Assembly (NCBI GenBank): GCA_051294375.1
Contig: CM119265.1
Coordinates: 25,382,297 to 25,446,153 of the forward strand
DNA from: Paraspadella gotoi
Lineage: Eukaryota; Animalia; Chaetognatha
Direction of reading: 5' to 3'
DNA length: 63,857 nucleotides
Numbering within the stretch: position 1 is the stretch's first letter; each line of letters begins with the position of its first letter. The position numbers were made by a program, and so were the translations under genes. The notes below the pieces were generated by a model, which worked only from the letters and a program-made list of their open reading frames with translations, was not told the DNA's origin and made no database searches. Below, one piece after another: positions 1-12,359 of this stretch.

Positions 1-256
1 CGATAGCGATGACGACGATGAAGGCGAAAACGATGATAGCAATGACGACGACAGCAATGACGATGACGATGATGACAAAGACGATAGCGATGACGACGAC
101 GATAGCGATGACGACGACGACGACGACAGCGATGAGGAAGACGAATACGACGATGACAAAGACGATAGCGATGACTACGATGAAGACGATAGTGATGACG
201 ACGATGAAAACGACCACGATGGAGATGATGATAACGACGACGATGACGACGAAGAA
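1..256 (+). repeat. Degenerate (GAC/GAT)n trinucleotide tract, Asp-rich in frame +2
   Basis: Frame from base 2 reads DSDDDEGENDDSNDDD...EEIECMLE* (stop 275-277); a GTATGT donor-like site lies at 264. Coding status is unproven. Confidence 0.75.
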
Positions 257-1262
257 ATAGAATGTATGTTAGAATAACTTTTTTTTAAATTTTTATTAAT
301 ACCAAAAACTGTATTAACATAATCAGAATTTTGACGCTAGTTATGTTACTGAATCTCTTGATATAACGAATTCTAAAAATAAAGTCCACGATTTCTCGAT
401 CTAAATCTAAAAGAAGTAATATTTATTCGTATTTATAGTAGTATTAATAAGATTGGATCATCTAGTCCCTTTCATTCGTCTCAATCTTCATTTTACCAAT
501 CCTTTTTTTCACTCGGTCACTTTTCTATACAACAACTAACTAATAATCAAATTTTTTTAATCATAATTAATCGACACATCTTTAATTAATTTCTATGACA
601 TATTTTCACTTTTTTTCCTTTGACTCCGTCGCTTCGCAGATTCACTTTCACTTCACGTGATTATTTTAGCTTCTTTATATCAGGAGAGGAAAGGAAAGGA
701 AAGGCGGAGGGGAACGCAAATGGGGTCGACTTCATTCTCTCTCCTTTGTCATCATCTCTCATCCTTTGTCATCCTTTTTTTTTGTCTCTCTCAGTTTTCC
801 GTCATTTTATATTCTAACGTCTTTCGTTATCGACGACATCAAACTCTATCTTTCTTTTTTTGTTGTTGTTGTTGTTTTTGTCTCCATTTTTTGTCCATAT
901 TTTTGTCCTCTTTTTTTTGGGTCTCTTTCTCTGTTGTCGTTGTTGTTATTGTTATTGTTGTTGTTGTTGTCGTCGTTGTTCCCTTCATCTCAAAATCTGC
1001 TCTTCCCAGCGGAATTTTGCGACTTCGCTTCTAAGCTTGTCGCAGAAATATTTCGCATTATTCACATGTAGTTTTCACTCTGGTGTTTTGTTGTGATTGT
1101 TGTTCACAAAAATTGGTGACTTTATCGTCGGGGTCCTTGTCAGTGTCACGCGTGAATAATTTTCGTCGTCATCCTCGACTGATTCGTTTTTAGTAACATA
1201 AATTATTCGCTTCATCGACGTGTTTGACTTCAATCATCAACATTCAACCCTTATTGGTTATT

Positions 1263-1808
1263 AAGGCGTAGTAAAATTTCTAAATTTAACTTTAATTAAA
1301 ATTCTAAAAGTGAGGAACGAACAACATTATACTTATGAACATTTATGTAATAAAAAAAATTTTAATAAATTTTACAATTTACGCAGTAGGCAATATTTAT
1401 ACTAGTACTAAACTAATAAATGTTAAAATTTCAAAACAGTTTTTTCTAAGATTTTTTTGCAGATTTGGATTCGTCATAAAAAGTTGTATAAAAAAAATAT
1501 AACTCTTTTTGAAAAATTCCTTCATTAAGTGGGTCAAAAATTTACTTTTTATATATTAAATATAGTTTTTTTAATTTTTAACCCACTTAATGAAAGAATT
1601 TTTAAAAATGATTTATATTTTCTTTTATCAACTTTTGACGAGAAATTCAAATCTGCAATCAAAATTAAGAAAAGCCTATATATAAATATAGCCTACTGCG
1701 AAAATTAAAAAACATAAAATTAATTTTTTTTATAAATTAATGTTCACTGATAGTATGTTGTTCATAATTGACTTTTAGAATTTTCGTATGTAACTTTCAC
1801 TACGCCTT
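1263..1808. mobile_element. Non-autonomous foldback/MITE-type DNA transposon with long imperfect TIRs
   Basis: Ends AAGGCGTAGT...ACTACGCCTT. Internal arms are reverse complements (TTCATTAAGTGGGT/ACCCACTTAATGAA, TGCAGATTTG/CAAATCTGCA, CGCAGTAGGC/GCCTACTGCG). Flanking direct repeat ATTGGTTATT at 1253-1262 and 1809-1818. Confidence 0.85.
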
Positions 1809-1837
1809 ATTGGTTATTGTCCATTTGAAAAGGCCGA

Positions 1838-1922
1838 ACTTACAGGGCGTCACACCCTCAGGGGCGACAGCCACGACATCTTACAGGGCGTCACACCCTC
1901 AAGGGCGACGGCAACGACAGCC
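1838..1922 (+). repeat. Two-copy ~41-bp tandem repeat
   Basis: CTTACAGGGCGTCACACCCTCA(G/A)GGGCGAC occurs twice in tandem. Confidence 0.8.
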
Positions 1923-2099
1923 ATGATAATACTAAGCTTGTTCATTTAGTCCAGAACTTTGGATCTGGGAGTAGGCAGTGACTTAACACGTTCTTTGTGA
2001 CAAAGTCAGGGATCGAAACAAAGACGCTCGAGGCGCTGCGTTGCGCTGCAGTGATAGAGGAACAAGACATCTTCGATTCTGCGCCATTCTAGACTTTGA

Positions 2100-2130
<31 letters not shown>

Positions 2131-2274
2131 GTCGTCGTTGCCATCATCAACATTCAACTCGTCATTTCCTGTTGTTTGGTCTTTTTTTGTTTTTTTTGTT
2201 TTTTTGTTTTGAGTTTTTATCTTTTATTCTCTGGAATCGCGTTATGACGGGAAAAGATGATGAGGAGCGAACTC

Positions 2275-2288
2275 GTTGCCATGGAGAC
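2275..2288. promoter_or_regulatory. RFX X-box motif
   Basis: GTTGCCATGGAGAC (rc GTCTCCATGGCAAC), X-box palindrome with an AT spacer. Confidence 0.5.
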
Positions 2289-2412
2289 GTCGAAGAGAAG
2301 GGGAGAGTAGGGGAGTCAATACACCCCCGCATTATCGGTATTGATTTTATTCCAAAGTAAAACTTTCAACGGGTCTGGCGGTAGATTTCAAAGCGATAGT
2401 TGTCTTGAATTG

Positions 2413-2487
<75 letters not shown>
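2413..2487 (+). repeat. (ATC)n microsatellite
   Basis: Perfect TCA/ATC run. Confidence 0.95.
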
Positions 2488-2488
<1 letters not shown>

Positions 2489-3039
2489 GAACAACGAAAG
2501 CCTTAGTTGTCTCAGCTAAATTGGTTACAGCGAAACTTACGATCTTCCAACTTTCTTTCTTTCAGCAACGCGTCTTCCTTTGGGTAGTCGTAGAAGTTGG
2601 CAATCGACGTCGTTTTGATGCCTTCGTCATAGTCATCACCGTCGTCGTCATCGTCGTCGTCATAGTCATCACCTTCGTCGTCATGATCGTCATCGTCATC
2701 GCCGTTGCAAGTGTGGTCGGGTCTTGCATAAGTTCAAACCGCCTTTAAATATTTTATCTTCAGTACTGACCCGGTGGCTCATTCAGTAATACCCTCAGCT
2801 CCTGACCGTGAGGTACCGGGATCGATAGCCAATCATACTTACCCTGCGGGAAGCGCGAGGATGCCCGTGAACCGCCTTGGGGGCCTAAAAAACCTCCAAG
2901 TCTGGTTCCAAGCCCAGGACCCGTTTCATAGCTGATTGAGGGGGTTGGAGAAGTTGCGGATAGAAACTCTTCGGCCAATTTAGCGCTTTATCAAGTTTCG
3001 AGCATTTTCTCCTGTTCTCTTTTCTTTGAACAAATTCTC

Positions 3040-3860
3040 ATCCACTCAGTCGTTGTTGTCGTTCGTCATCGTCCTCTTCAACGTCGTTTTCGTCGTCGTG
3101 CTCATCATTGTCGTCGTCCCTTTCACTATCGTCGTCTTCCACATTGGCGTCTTCATTGTTGCGACAAAAGAATCTCACGCATCTTTAAAGAGCCTGTTTC
3201 TCCCCAGTGCGAAATCCACGACCCAACTTTCCTTCTTTTAAATATCCTTAACCTCGTCGCCCTAATTGTCGTTGTCGACGTCATCGTTGTCGTCTTCGTC
3301 CTCATCGTCATCGTCATTGTCATCGTCCATGTCATCCTCATCGTCGTCGTCGCCCTCATCATCTTTGTCTTCGTCCTCATCATTGTCGTCTCCCTCATCG
3401 TCTTCGTCGTCGTCTTCGTCCTCGTCCTGTTGGTCATCGTCAATGTTATCGTCATCGTCTTGTCCTCATTGTCATCGTCTAACTCTGTCCTCATCGTCGT
3501 CTTCATTGTCATCCTCCATGTCATCCTCATCGTCGTCGTCGCCCTCAATGCATCTTTGTTTCGTCCATTGTCGTCGTCTCCCTCATATATCTTCGTTCGT
3601 CATCATTGTTGTTTAATGTCATGTCGTATCATCGTTGTTCGCCTCATCGTCTTCGCTCCTCATTCGTCGTCGTCGTTCATCGTCGTAGTCATTTTCATCG
3701 TCGTCGTTCAGCCCTCATCGTTTTCGTCGTCGTCGTCACCCCTCACTCGTCCTCGTGTCGTCTTCGTCCTAGTCGTCGTCATCGTCGATGTTATCATCGT
3801 CGTCGTCGTCATCGTCGTTGTCATTTTCATCGTCGTCGTCGCCCTCCTCGTCTTCGTCTT
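3040..3860 (-). repeat. Degenerate (GAC/GAT)n low-complexity region
   Basis: TCGTCATCGTCG-type repeats on +; the acidic minus-strand frame is interrupted by stops and frame changes. Confidence 0.8.
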
Positions 3861-3992
3861 CCTTCCAAAAAATGATCTCTTTTTTTTTCTTTCTCCCACG
3901 AAATCTCTTTTAACTCTGGCGCCTTCGCTTTGTCGTTTTTTCTCTTTAGGGAATTCCCAAACCGGAAGGAACGCGACCAGGCAAGCGTCTTC

Positions 3993-4006
3993 GTTGCCAT
4001 GGCGAC
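3993..4006. promoter_or_regulatory. RFX X-box motif
   Basis: GTTGCCATGGCGAC (rc GTCGCCATGGCAAC) fits GTNRCC-N0-3-RGYAAC. Confidence 0.55.
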
Positions 4007-4387
4007 CTGAATAATCGTCTCGCTAATTATCCCTCTTTACCGCTTGCCGGGCCAACTATTTCGGGTCTTTGAGGTTCCGTACAAATAATCTTTTCCTTTG
4101 TTTTTTTTTTTGTCTAGAAATTCGATTAATCAATCAATCAATAAAACAATCAATCAATATAAAAAAGCATTCAATGAATCAAACAATCAATCAAAAAAGA
4201 AACCATTATCAATCTTGGTTCCCAATTTAAACAAATCAATTAATTCTATAATCGACCGCCATCTTTGAACTACCAGCGCCATCTCAATCCCATCCGCCAA
4301 AAAAAAAAAAGATTTCTTTTCCCCCCCAAGCGACATTTTTTCTCTTACAAACTGACTAATTATCTTCGGCGGTCTCCCAAACCCGAA

Positions 4388-4411
4388 CGCCATCTTGGTT
4401 GCCATGGTTAC
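4388..4411 (-). promoter_or_regulatory. YY1-like motif abutting an RFX X-box; candidate core promoter
   Basis: CGCCATCTTG (rc CAAGATGGCG) at 4388-4397 is directly followed by GTTGCCATGGTTAC (rc GTAACCATGGCAAC) at 4398-4411; further CGCCATCT copies near 4257 and 4278. Confidence 0.55.
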
Positions 4412-4511
4412 CTCCCCCGAGAGTCTCCTTCGTCTTCTGAATCCTCTCGTCTCTCGACGGCGACGAAACCAAACCAAAGCTCTGCGGAAAACGCGTTATG
4501 ACTTCCATAAA

Positions 4512-4538
4512 CTCTCTCTCTCTCTCTTCTTTTTCCTC

Positions 4539-4592
<54 letters not shown>

Positions 4593-4640
4593 ATCTCTCT
4601 TTTCTTTCTCTCTTCCTCTCTCTCTACTTTCTCTCTCTCT
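4512..4640 (+). repeat. (CT)n microsatellite
   Basis: Imperfect CT run. Similar (CT)/(AG) runs at 5074-5101, 5511-5542, 6292-6322, 9265-9386, 11916-12008 and in the copies. Confidence 0.95.
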
Positions 4641-5068
4641 CTTCCACCCACTATATCTTTTCTTCTGTGTCTCTTTTTCTCCTTCTCACTTTTTGTCACC
4701 GAAATTGGTACTTTTATTACCTACTTTTCCTCGTACAATATAAAGCTTTTTCAAGAAGATGAATAAATAACAAATCATGAAAATTCTTTTAAGAAAATTT
4801 TTCAATATTAACTAAATTAACAAAAAAAAAGGTCAACAAAAGTGAGAAAGAATGAAAAATGAAGTTTTCCAAATCTCGACTTCACGCTCGTTTGTCACAG
4901 CGAATTCTCACCTCGATCCGTGAAATTAAGTGATTTATTCATTTTGTTTTCTTCCTTGAAATTAGTGATTCACAAAATTGGGTCGAAATTCTCACTTTCT
5001 TGATTTCTCTCACTTGAATCTTCTTTTCTTTTGAACTGCAAAAGATTTCACGCTCTTCACTTTACCAT

Positions 5069-5101
<33 letters not shown>

Positions 5102-5223
5102 NNNNNNNNNNNNNNNNNNNNNNNNNNNNNNNNNNNNNNNNNNNNNNNNNNNNNNNNNNNNNNNNNNNNNNNNNNNNNNNNNNNNNNNNNNNNNNNNNNN
5201 NNNNNNNNNNNNNNNNNNNNNNN
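5102..5223. other. Assembly gap (N run)
   Basis: N run starting at the end of a (CT)n tract. Confidence 1.
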
Positions 5224-5509
5224 TTTTTTTTTATTGATCGACTTTATTATTAGGTCGGTCCATTTGCCTATATTTAATCAATCACAAACTACCTAACTTA
5301 TCGATTTTAAAATATCCAATATGAAAAAAAGTTTTGATAATACGTTTCATTTAATCAGTTTTGTTTCAACTTAACTCTCTTCTTGAATTATAAAAAGTAA
5401 AGAGATATCGACTTAGTGGAGCAGTTTGTATTCACCCTCACAAGAACATCACAGTTAAAAACAGGCCGCAGGCGAGAGAGAGAAACATTCGACAATCATC
5501 TCATAACAC

Positions 5510-5542
<33 letters not shown>

Positions 5543-6291
5543 NNNNNNNNNNNNNNNNNNNNNNNNNNNNNNNNNNNNNNNNNNNNNNNNNNNNNNNNNN
5601 NNNNNNNNNNNNNNNNNNNNNNNNNNNNNNNNNNNNNNNNNNNNNNNNNNNNNNNNNNNNNNNNNNNNNNNNNNNNNNNNNNNNNNNNNNNNNNNNNNNN
5701 NNNNNNNNNNNNNNNNNNNNNNNNNNNNNNNNNNNNNNNNNNNNNNNNNNNNNNNNNNNNNNNNNNNNNNNNNNNNNNNNNNNNNNNNNNNNNNNNNNNN
5801 NNNNNNNNNNNNNNNNNNNNNNNNNNNNNNNNNNNNNNNNNNNNNNNNNNNNNNNNNNNNNNNNNNNNNNNNNNNNNNNNNNNNNNNNNNNNNNNNNNNN
5901 NNNNNNNNNNNNNNNNNNNNNNNNNNNNNNNNNNNNNNNNNNNNNNNNNNNNNNNNNNNNNNNNNNNNNNNNNNNNNNNNNNNNNNNNNNNNNNNNNNNN
6001 NNNNNNNNNNNNNNNNNNNNNNNNNNNNNNNNNNNNNNNNNNNNNNNNNNNNNNNNNNNNNNNNNNNNNNNNNNNNNNNNNNNNNNNNNNNNNNNNNNNN
6101 NNNNNNNNNNNNNNNNNNNNNNNNNNNNNNNNNNNNNNNNNNNNNNNNNNNNNNNNNNNNNNNNNNNNNNNNNNNNNNNNNNNNNNNNNNNNNNNNNNNN
6201 NNNNNNNNNNNNNNNNNNNNNNNNNNNNNNNNNNNNNNNNNNNNNNNNNNNNNNNNNNNNNNNNNNNNNNNNNNNNNNNNNNNNNNNNNNN
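5543..6291. other. Assembly gap (N run)
   Basis: N run between (CT)n and (AG)n tracts. Confidence 1.
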
Positions 6292-6325
<34 letters not shown>

Positions 6326-7230
6326 AACCCGATTTCAAACGTGGTTATATTATAAAATTTAATTTTGTTTTATAAAAATGTAATTTTAAAAATTCTTTTT
6401 TTACGTGAGGATTAGTTTTTCGAGTTATTTTAAAATCTCCAGTCGAGCATAAAAAAACTTTTAGTCTTTATTAACGAATCAAATTACATAATTATGGGTA
6501 AATTTTCTTTTCAGTTTTTTACTAAATGATTTTGCACTTTAAAACTTTAAATATTTAGTTTAATATATTCTCAAGATAAACATTTAGTTTCTTTTAAGCG
6601 AAATATACAAAAAGTTTTAGTGCGAAGAGATTTATTTTCGGGCAATGATTCAATTATTCAATAATTTAATTATTTCCCGAAATTTATAATTTAATAAACG
6701 AGCTTTCCCTTCCGATTCGACGCTCTTTTCCCCTCGAGATCGGCCCTGCCAAAAAGCTAACCCCAATGCGCCCTCCCGCCTCTCCACACCCCCCCCCCTT
6801 AGCGGTCTCCAGCAAAACAGCTGATTTTCCTTTTTCTCTTCTCCATCAATTCGATGACTTAACTCCATCAGACAACCAAGCTAATCTCGGATTCAACGCA
6901 TCGACTTCCGGAAAAGTCGCTCGAGTAATCAAGCATTCGCTTGTACACCCGCTCTCTCGCTGCTTGCCTTTTCTTTCTTAGACGTTTAATTCTCATGAAC
7001 TTAACCCCTCCCCCTTCGGCGCCCCCCCACCCGGAACGCGCCCTACCTTTCCCCTCTCCTCCCCCCTCCCCCGCCGGGCGCTTGTAATTTAAGGAGAACG
7101 TTTAGCGACGGCGCCAGAGGGGCGAACCCCCCTCCTCGGCTTAAACCCTCCATCTTCATTTGGGTCTGTCGGCCTTGAGGCCGACAAACCCCGAACGAAA
7201 TTGTAAATAAAAAGAATTTATGTCTCTTTG

Positions 7231-7286
7231 TATTCTATTGTATTGTATTGTATTGTATTGTATTATATTGTATTGTATTGTATTAT
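7231..7286 (+). repeat. (TATTG)n pentanucleotide microsatellite
   Basis: About 11 TATTG-type units. Confidence 0.9.
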
Positions 7287-7290
7287 TTAG

Positions 7291-7483
7291 TCGCTCAAGA
7301 TCCTCTCTTGATTGATAAAATATCCGGAAAAGTGTTTTTAAAATTGTTTAAATGATAAAAAGGAGAGCGAGCTTTTTGGAGAGTTCTATTGTTCTTATAT
7401 TTTTATCCGGATCTGCTGACAACAGATTCCGACACTATAATCCACTTTGTCGGTCCGTCGGTCCACACCCCGAAATATTTTCG
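7291..7483 (+). CDS. Candidate coding exon, faintly cadherin-repeat-like
   Basis: TTATTTAG acceptor and GTAAGT donor (7484). Merging copies A and B by eye gives AQDPLLIDKISGKVFLKLLNDKKESELLESSIV...SADNRFRHY; needs indel correction. Confidence 0.25.
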
Positions 7484-8079
7484 GTAAGTCACTCACATCA
7501 CCTCAGAATATCGAATTATGATAAATTATGCAAAAAAATTTGAATTCCGTCCGTCTCTTTCTATGTCTGTCTGTCTTAATTAATTAATTATCCGATCAGC
7601 TACTTACTGCTTATAATCGTGTGCAGGTCCATCATTGTTTTCTCAAACTTTTTATATTTTTCAAGATTTATTTGTTTTATATGTCATTTAAACTTCTTTT
7701 TCATACAATTCTATCCTTTCTTTGTCTTCTTTTTTTCTATTTGCGATTCTCGCGAGATTACCTCCCCCCTTCCCACTCCTCTCCCTCAACCTGCCCCCCC
7801 CCTCCTCGTCTGGATTTTTCACCCTAACGATTCCCTTCAACCAAAGAAAGTCTCACCTTTTGCCAAAAAAACAATTTTCTTATTTTTTTTTCCACTCAAA
7901 TTTCTCCATTTTACTTTCTTTGTTCTTTTCTTTTTAATATTTATTAGTTCTTTTATTAATAAAAGTTTTCTGTATTTATGCTAATCTTAGCTAAGATGTA
8001 TCATGTATTTTTTTGTTGTTAGTTTTTGTTGTTGCGTTGGTTGAAATAGTTTATTATTATATTTTTATAATATATAATA

Positions 8080-8110
<31 letters not shown>

Positions 8111-8321
8111 TTATATTTATATTTATGATATAATTTATAATTTATATAAAAAATTTAAGAAAACATTTTTATAAAAAAAACAGAAAACAGCACAGAAAAA
8201 AACACAAAACACAGCTCAGAAAACAACACAAAACACCAAAACGGAAAAAAGGGGAAAACAATTTTGGGTAAAATTAGGAAAAAATCCCTAAATGAAGAGG
8301 ATTTATGTTTTTTTCCCGCAG

Positions 8322-8905
8322 ATGGTCAGTCGGTCGATCCCTGACTTTGGGTTCGGTGCCATTGAAAGTTGAAGCAAGCTTTTGGCGCTATGAATCCAAG
8401 ACTTTGTAACCTTAACACGAAAATTGTTCTAATATCCTGGAACCAAGCTATTTGTAAGATAGTTTTAAACTTTAGCTGGCACGATGCCAATGCTTTCAAC
8501 GCCATTAAAATGTTAAGCAAGCCGTTGACGCTCTTTAACCATTCTAGCAAGCTTTCAACGTCCTTTAATTAAAAGCAAGCTTTTGACGCCATTTAAATTA
8601 GAAGCAAGCTTTTAACTCCATTGTTAAGCAAGCTTTTATCGGATTAAGTTTGAAACTTAAAAGTCGTGAAAGCGGACGATCCAAACAGGACTTTCGAAGG
8701 ATCAACGCCCAGAAACAGGTCAGGAGTCATCCGACATCTTTAACACCCGGCGCCTCACGCCTGGCGCCGGGCGCCATTCCAGTTTGATGGTTGTTGTGTG
8801 GGATACTCGAGGCGCGAGAGGTTGCTCCGGTGCAAAGGCAAGTTGAGACTTGCCAGTGTAAAGAGGCGATAACGACCCCGAGGTTGGCGCCATTGCGTGG
8901 GGCGG
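8322..8905 (+). other. Candidate exon (coding status unclear)
   Basis: Strong acceptor TTTTTTCCCGCAG ending 8321 and GTGAGT donor at 8906; no clean ORF across it in any copy. Confidence 0.3.
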
Positions 8906-9143
8906 GTGAGTTCACTTCCGGTCACAATGCCGCCGCCGCCGCCGCCGCAGTCGCCGCCGCCGTCGCAGCCGACGCCCATTCATCGACTTTCTATGCAAAC
9001 ATCGGAATAATTTTCTTTGGGTCGTCGTCGTCGTCGTCGTCGTCACATTTTCCCCGTCTGGAGTTGACGTAGATATCATTTTAATAAGTCATTTTTTCCT
9101 GTTTTTATTGATAAACTTTTTCATCATTAATTCAATCGCCAAG

Positions 9144-9180
<37 letters not shown>

Positions 9181-9259
9181 TTTTCTTCATAATCATCTTT
9201 TTGCTTCTGATTGTAAACGATTCGTGAAAAGAAAACATGAATTATTTTCTGTCCTGCCA

Positions 9260-9389
<130 letters not shown>

Positions 9390-10050
9390 TTTTTCTTCGC
9401 CTTTTCATTTTCCAGAGGTGAAAGAAAAATCAAAACATGAAATCTGAATGAAAGCGAAATGTTGTTCTTTTTTGTTCTCGTTGTTTTGATTTGTCAGTTT
9501 TCTATATTTTTCCCCTCTCAGTTGGCGATTTTGTTTTGTTCCGTTTTCTGAGAGGCTGTTTTGTTTTCTTTTTCCTTTTCGTGTCCAACGCTCGTATTCG
9601 TTTTGCAATCGTTTCGTAATGGATGTGTTGCTTTTAAAGTTTCACGACGATGGTTCAGTGATGTAGGTAGTTTAGTAGAACGAAATCAACTTTTAGATTT
9701 ATTTCCTTTGCCAAATTAAACTTTAACCGTTTTCCATTTTGTCTCCATTTGTTTTTCGAGGTTCCTGTTTTTCTGTTTCCTGTGCCTCCTTGTTTTGTTT
9801 GGCCTCTCATTCACATTTCTTTTCCACTCACGAAATTTCGTCTCACGTGAATCGAATCTTTTTTTTTTAGTTTCGATCTGAAAGGAGAATTTGGTTTTGA
9901 AATCATGAAGGTTGAATGTTGGTAAATGAACAGTTAAAATAAACAGAGAATGGTAAATGATAAATAATACATGATAAAAAATAAAAAAAGTAAACAGTGA
10001 CATTTCTTTAATTTTTTTTTTTTTCGTTTCCTTAAAATTGAGTGTGTGAA

Positions 10051-10282
10051 TTTTAGACTTTCGGAATCGTGGAGTAACTCTATAAGTCACTTTTTGGTCG
10101 GTCTGTCGGTCGGTCGGTTGGTATATCTGTTTGTCGGTCTATCACACTTACGTTAAAAATTCATATAATTTGCCTATAGTTGACGATTGCTCATTTGTTA
10201 AAACAGCGCATGTCATGTAATGTAGCTTCATTTCACGAGAAATACTCATGATAAGCAACACATTTGAATTACCGTTCTTGTT
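10051..10282 (+). mobile_element. Diverged Helentron-associated (HINE/DINE-1-like) element
   Basis: Shares with 12971-13311 the 5' TTTTAG..AACTCT(A/G)TAAGTCACTTTT, the GTCG/GTCT microsatellite, TTGCTCATTTGTTAA and the 3' ACATTTGAAT..CCGTTCTTGTT. Confidence 0.55.
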
Positions 10283-11911
10283 ATTATAATCCTCGTCTTC
10301 AATTTAACGATTAATGATTAATTTAATTTTTTTAGCGAAACATTTTTCCCTATTACTCACCCTTTCTTTACTTTTCTTTCTGTTTCCTTACCTTTTCACT
10401 TTCCTTCTCATCCTTACTTCACTTCTTTTCTCAAAAACTAATCTCCTCGTCTCTTAAGAAAGATCGTTAGTTTCGCCGTCTAATATTTCTTCTCTTCTTT
10501 TTTCACTTTTACGTTTTCGATTATTCAAACGACGAGGGCGTCATCGTCGTCGTCGTCGTCGTCACCGTCGTCGTCATCGTCGTCGTCACCGTCGTCACCC
10601 GCATTATATTATTTTCTTTTCCTCGATATCTCATCTGTCTTATCTGTCCATGCTCTCTCACTTCGTCTTTTATAACTTACCTGTCTCTACCAACGTCACG
10701 CACTCCGTGTCCTTCCCACTGCAATCTTTGACTTTGTCTTTCAACTTTGTGTCCTTCCCACAGGAGCTTTTCCTATTGTCCTTCCAACGAAATCTTTTTC
10801 CCCATGTTTTTTCTACCTACATGCTTTTTTGTCCTATAGACTCTTGACTATAGAGTATACAGTGACAGTCTATACAATATACACCTCTTGTCCTTCTCCT
10901 TTCCTTGTCCTCCTCCCATTCACACCTCTTGTCCTTCTCCTTTCCTTGTCCTCCTCCCATTCACACCTCTTGTCCTTCCACCTCAATTTCCTGTCCTCAT
11001 TTTCCTTGTCCACCCGCGGTTCCTCGATTATTGATGGCATTGGCGCCAAGAGGACGACCATCTGGTATCAACTTTGCACGGACTCATCATAAACCTGAAT
11101 TACAGGAGACAGGGTTCATAGCGAGATAAGATTTCTAGCGTTGATTGTAGTATGAATAAGAAAACATTGTACAATGTACATTGTACATACTGAGTGCAGT
11201 TTTAAAACAAGGAAGTTTTTATTGGTTGTACAATTTTAATAGTTGTCAACTTGTCAACGGAAACAACTTGACGTTTATGAGGAGTTTAATAAACTATTAC
11301 CCTATCTAATACTTAAGTGGGAGGTTCTTTTATATAATTGAAAATTTATTCATTAAATGTTATAACACTTCATTGATATGAAAGCCGGGAACTTAGGGTG
11401 TTAATAGACTAGTGTGTGAGAGAGTATTGACAGCTCGTATGGTCCTGTTATTAATCCAACATAGCCTTTTGATAAGGCAAGATAGCTTATTTATTATAAT
11501 TTATGAATAATTACTTCTTTATTGATTGTAACAATATCAGAGCATCCCTCATCGATTATTTTTTCGCTTCTGTTCTTAGTTCCAAAGAAGATTCTGTCCC
11601 GCTTTACGAAAGAGTAAGGCAATTAGATAAGTTGTCGAGGGTGAAGTAAGTTAGCTATTAGTTACGAGGTAACTCTTTTTTTTATTGACAAAGCGGATTG
11701 ACGTTGTAAAGGAAGTGAAAGAGAACGAATCATGTTTGAAGTAGAAAAAGAAAAAAAGAGAAGAGAAGAAAGAAAATAGATGTTGAAACGGTAGGGGGCG
11801 ACGGGTCGACGTCGGACACGCCCATTTGTCAGGCGTAGAAACGGACGCGTATCTCGTCCCGTCGGGGAAAATATTTCGCTTCTTTTTTTATTCGAATTTA
11901 AAATCTTGTTT

Positions 11912-12013
<102 letters not shown>

Positions 12014-12359
12014 CAAGGGTCGAGTTCACGAAAATAAAACGTTGAAACTGTGAAAAAAAGGAAAGGGAGGAAGTGAGGACTGAGGAGAGAAAGAAACAAA
12101 AATCGGGAAAATGGATTGAGTATTAAAGACGAAAAAAGTTTAGAAGATAAAAGAAAGAAAAGAAAGGAGACAGACGTTTTTGAAAAGAGGAAAGAAATAT
12201 AAAGACTTTTAAGAGTTAGAATTTAGAACGCTGTAAAAAATAAAAAGAATTGTAGAAAAAGTATTCCTGGAACTGTTCCTCAAGAGCTCCCCATTTAAAG
12301 TTCTAATCGTCACATTTAATTGTATCTTTAATATCAACGCAGAGAAAGATTATCAAGTG

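Noticed and set aside
640-1200. Minus-strand coding exon
   Set aside because: Looks codon-like in places but the frames I read are broken by stops and show no clear splice boundaries.
5416-6375. 319 aa and 290 aa ORFs (also 62745-63164)
   Set aside because: They run through N gaps.
6990-7230. Possible LTR (GC-rich patch followed by AATAAA)
   Set aside because: No partner LTR apart from the artefact copies, no clear TG..CA ends with TSD, and no gag/pol sequence.
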